Assembly (NCBI GenBank): GCA_000004985.1
Contig: GG739132.1
Origin: Naegleria gruberi
Lineage: Eukaryota
Length of the DNA stretch: 7,530 bases
Direction: 5' to 3' (one strand)
Shown here: positions 7,250 to 7,530 of the stretch, one piece after another
How the letters are laid out: each line of letters begins with the position of its first letter
How positions within the stretch are numbered: position 1 is the first letter of the stretch
The notes under the pieces: model-generated
What the model saw: only the letters and a program-made list of their open reading frames with translations
What the model was told of the DNA's origin: nothing
Databases searched by the model: none
Translations under genes and position numbers: made by a program

Positions 7250-7530
7250 TACAATAGTAGTAGTTGGTAGTTGTCTAATTGGTTCATCAATAAATACGAG
7301 TTTATCAATAGGTGATAACTCTAATTGAGGAAGATATGGGTGTAATTTACTTTTCCTTTGGATTTTAGAATCCAATATTTGAATAGATGGCTTAAATTTA
7401 AATCCATTTCCACTATGATTTCTTTGTTTATCCTTTAGGGAGATAGATTTCTTGCAAAATTCATTCATTTCATCCATATCATTGTGTACAATTTTAATTA
7501 ATTTGTATTTAGTTGTTCCAGAGCGGTTAG
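6959..7530 (-). CDS. Retrotransposon ORF1 (upstream ORF). Asn-rich, coiled-coil-like. The 5' boundary is uncertain: the first ATG is at 7477, but the frame stays open to the window edge.
   Basis: ATG at 7477-7475. No stop in frame between 7478 and 7528. Ends in TGA at 6961-6959, which overlaps the ORF2 open frame. Product is ...RIDKIEKSIIDLTQQLMLT... plus N12 and N-rich tail. Confidence 0.6.
7214..7249. repeat. (ATT)12 trinucleotide microsatellite, equivalent to (AAT)12 on the minus strand, encoding a poly-Asn run in ORF1.
   Basis: Twelve perfect ATT units read directly from the sequence. They are in frame as AAT codons in ORF1 (NNNNNNNNNNNN). Confidence 0.95.

Larger units (their letters stand above)
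3844..7530 (-). mobile_element. Non-LTR (LINE-like, L1-clade) retrotransposon, 5' end beyond the window edge. The 3' boundary is undetermined: the 3' UTR extends an unknown distance below 3844.
   Basis: Two consecutive minus-strand ORFs with an overlapping stop and start region. ORF2 has APE endonuclease signatures, RNase H signatures and an L1-type Cys motif. The interior collapses into an assembly gap exactly where the reverse transcriptase would be. No unambiguous poly(A) tail or target-site duplication is visible. Confidence 0.85.

Noticed and set aside
1-7530. Prokaryotic-style systems (CRISPR arrays, defence islands, operons)
   Set aside because: The sequence is eukaryotic: codon usage, TATA and Kozak context, a LINE with APE/RNase H, and N-rich proteins. 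No direct-repeat/spacer arrays or RBS-led gene clusters are present.

Overview
The sequence looks eukaryotic and budding-yeast-like. Predicted genes are mostly free of introns, ATG starts have an A at -3, and the preferred codons are TTG, AAG, GGT, GCT, AGA and CAA, with Asn/Gln-rich coding tracts. Two (estimated-size) assembly gaps, at 1843..2853 and 4670..6503, remove a lot of information. The plus strand carries two host genes. The first (106..1101) encodes an unrecognised 331-aa protein with an acidic N-terminus, a bipartite-NLS-like basic stretch and a C-terminal globular domain. The second is only partly visible: an open frame 2863..3444 that contains no ATG, so its 5' part must lie in or before gap 1. 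A candidate start ATG at 1827 sits behind TATA-like elements and a perfect 18-bp palindrome. The minus strand from 3844 to the window edge is a LINE-like (L1-clade, 'Zorro-like') non-LTR retrotransposon. Its ORF1 (6959..>7530) is Asn-rich and contains an (AAT)12 microsatellite. It overlaps ORF2 (3844..6977) in the -1 frame. ORF2 shows an N-terminal APE endonuclease, a reverse transcriptase region that falls entirely inside gap 2, the C-terminal half of an RNase H domain, and an L1-type CX2CX7HX4C motif. I see no prokaryotic-style systems (CRISPR arrays, operons) and no tRNA or rRNA genes. The noteworthy items are the retroelement's domain architecture and its ORF1/ORF2 junction, not a new cellular system. 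The ORF track reports TTG codons as 'M', so several of its 'starts' are not ATGs.
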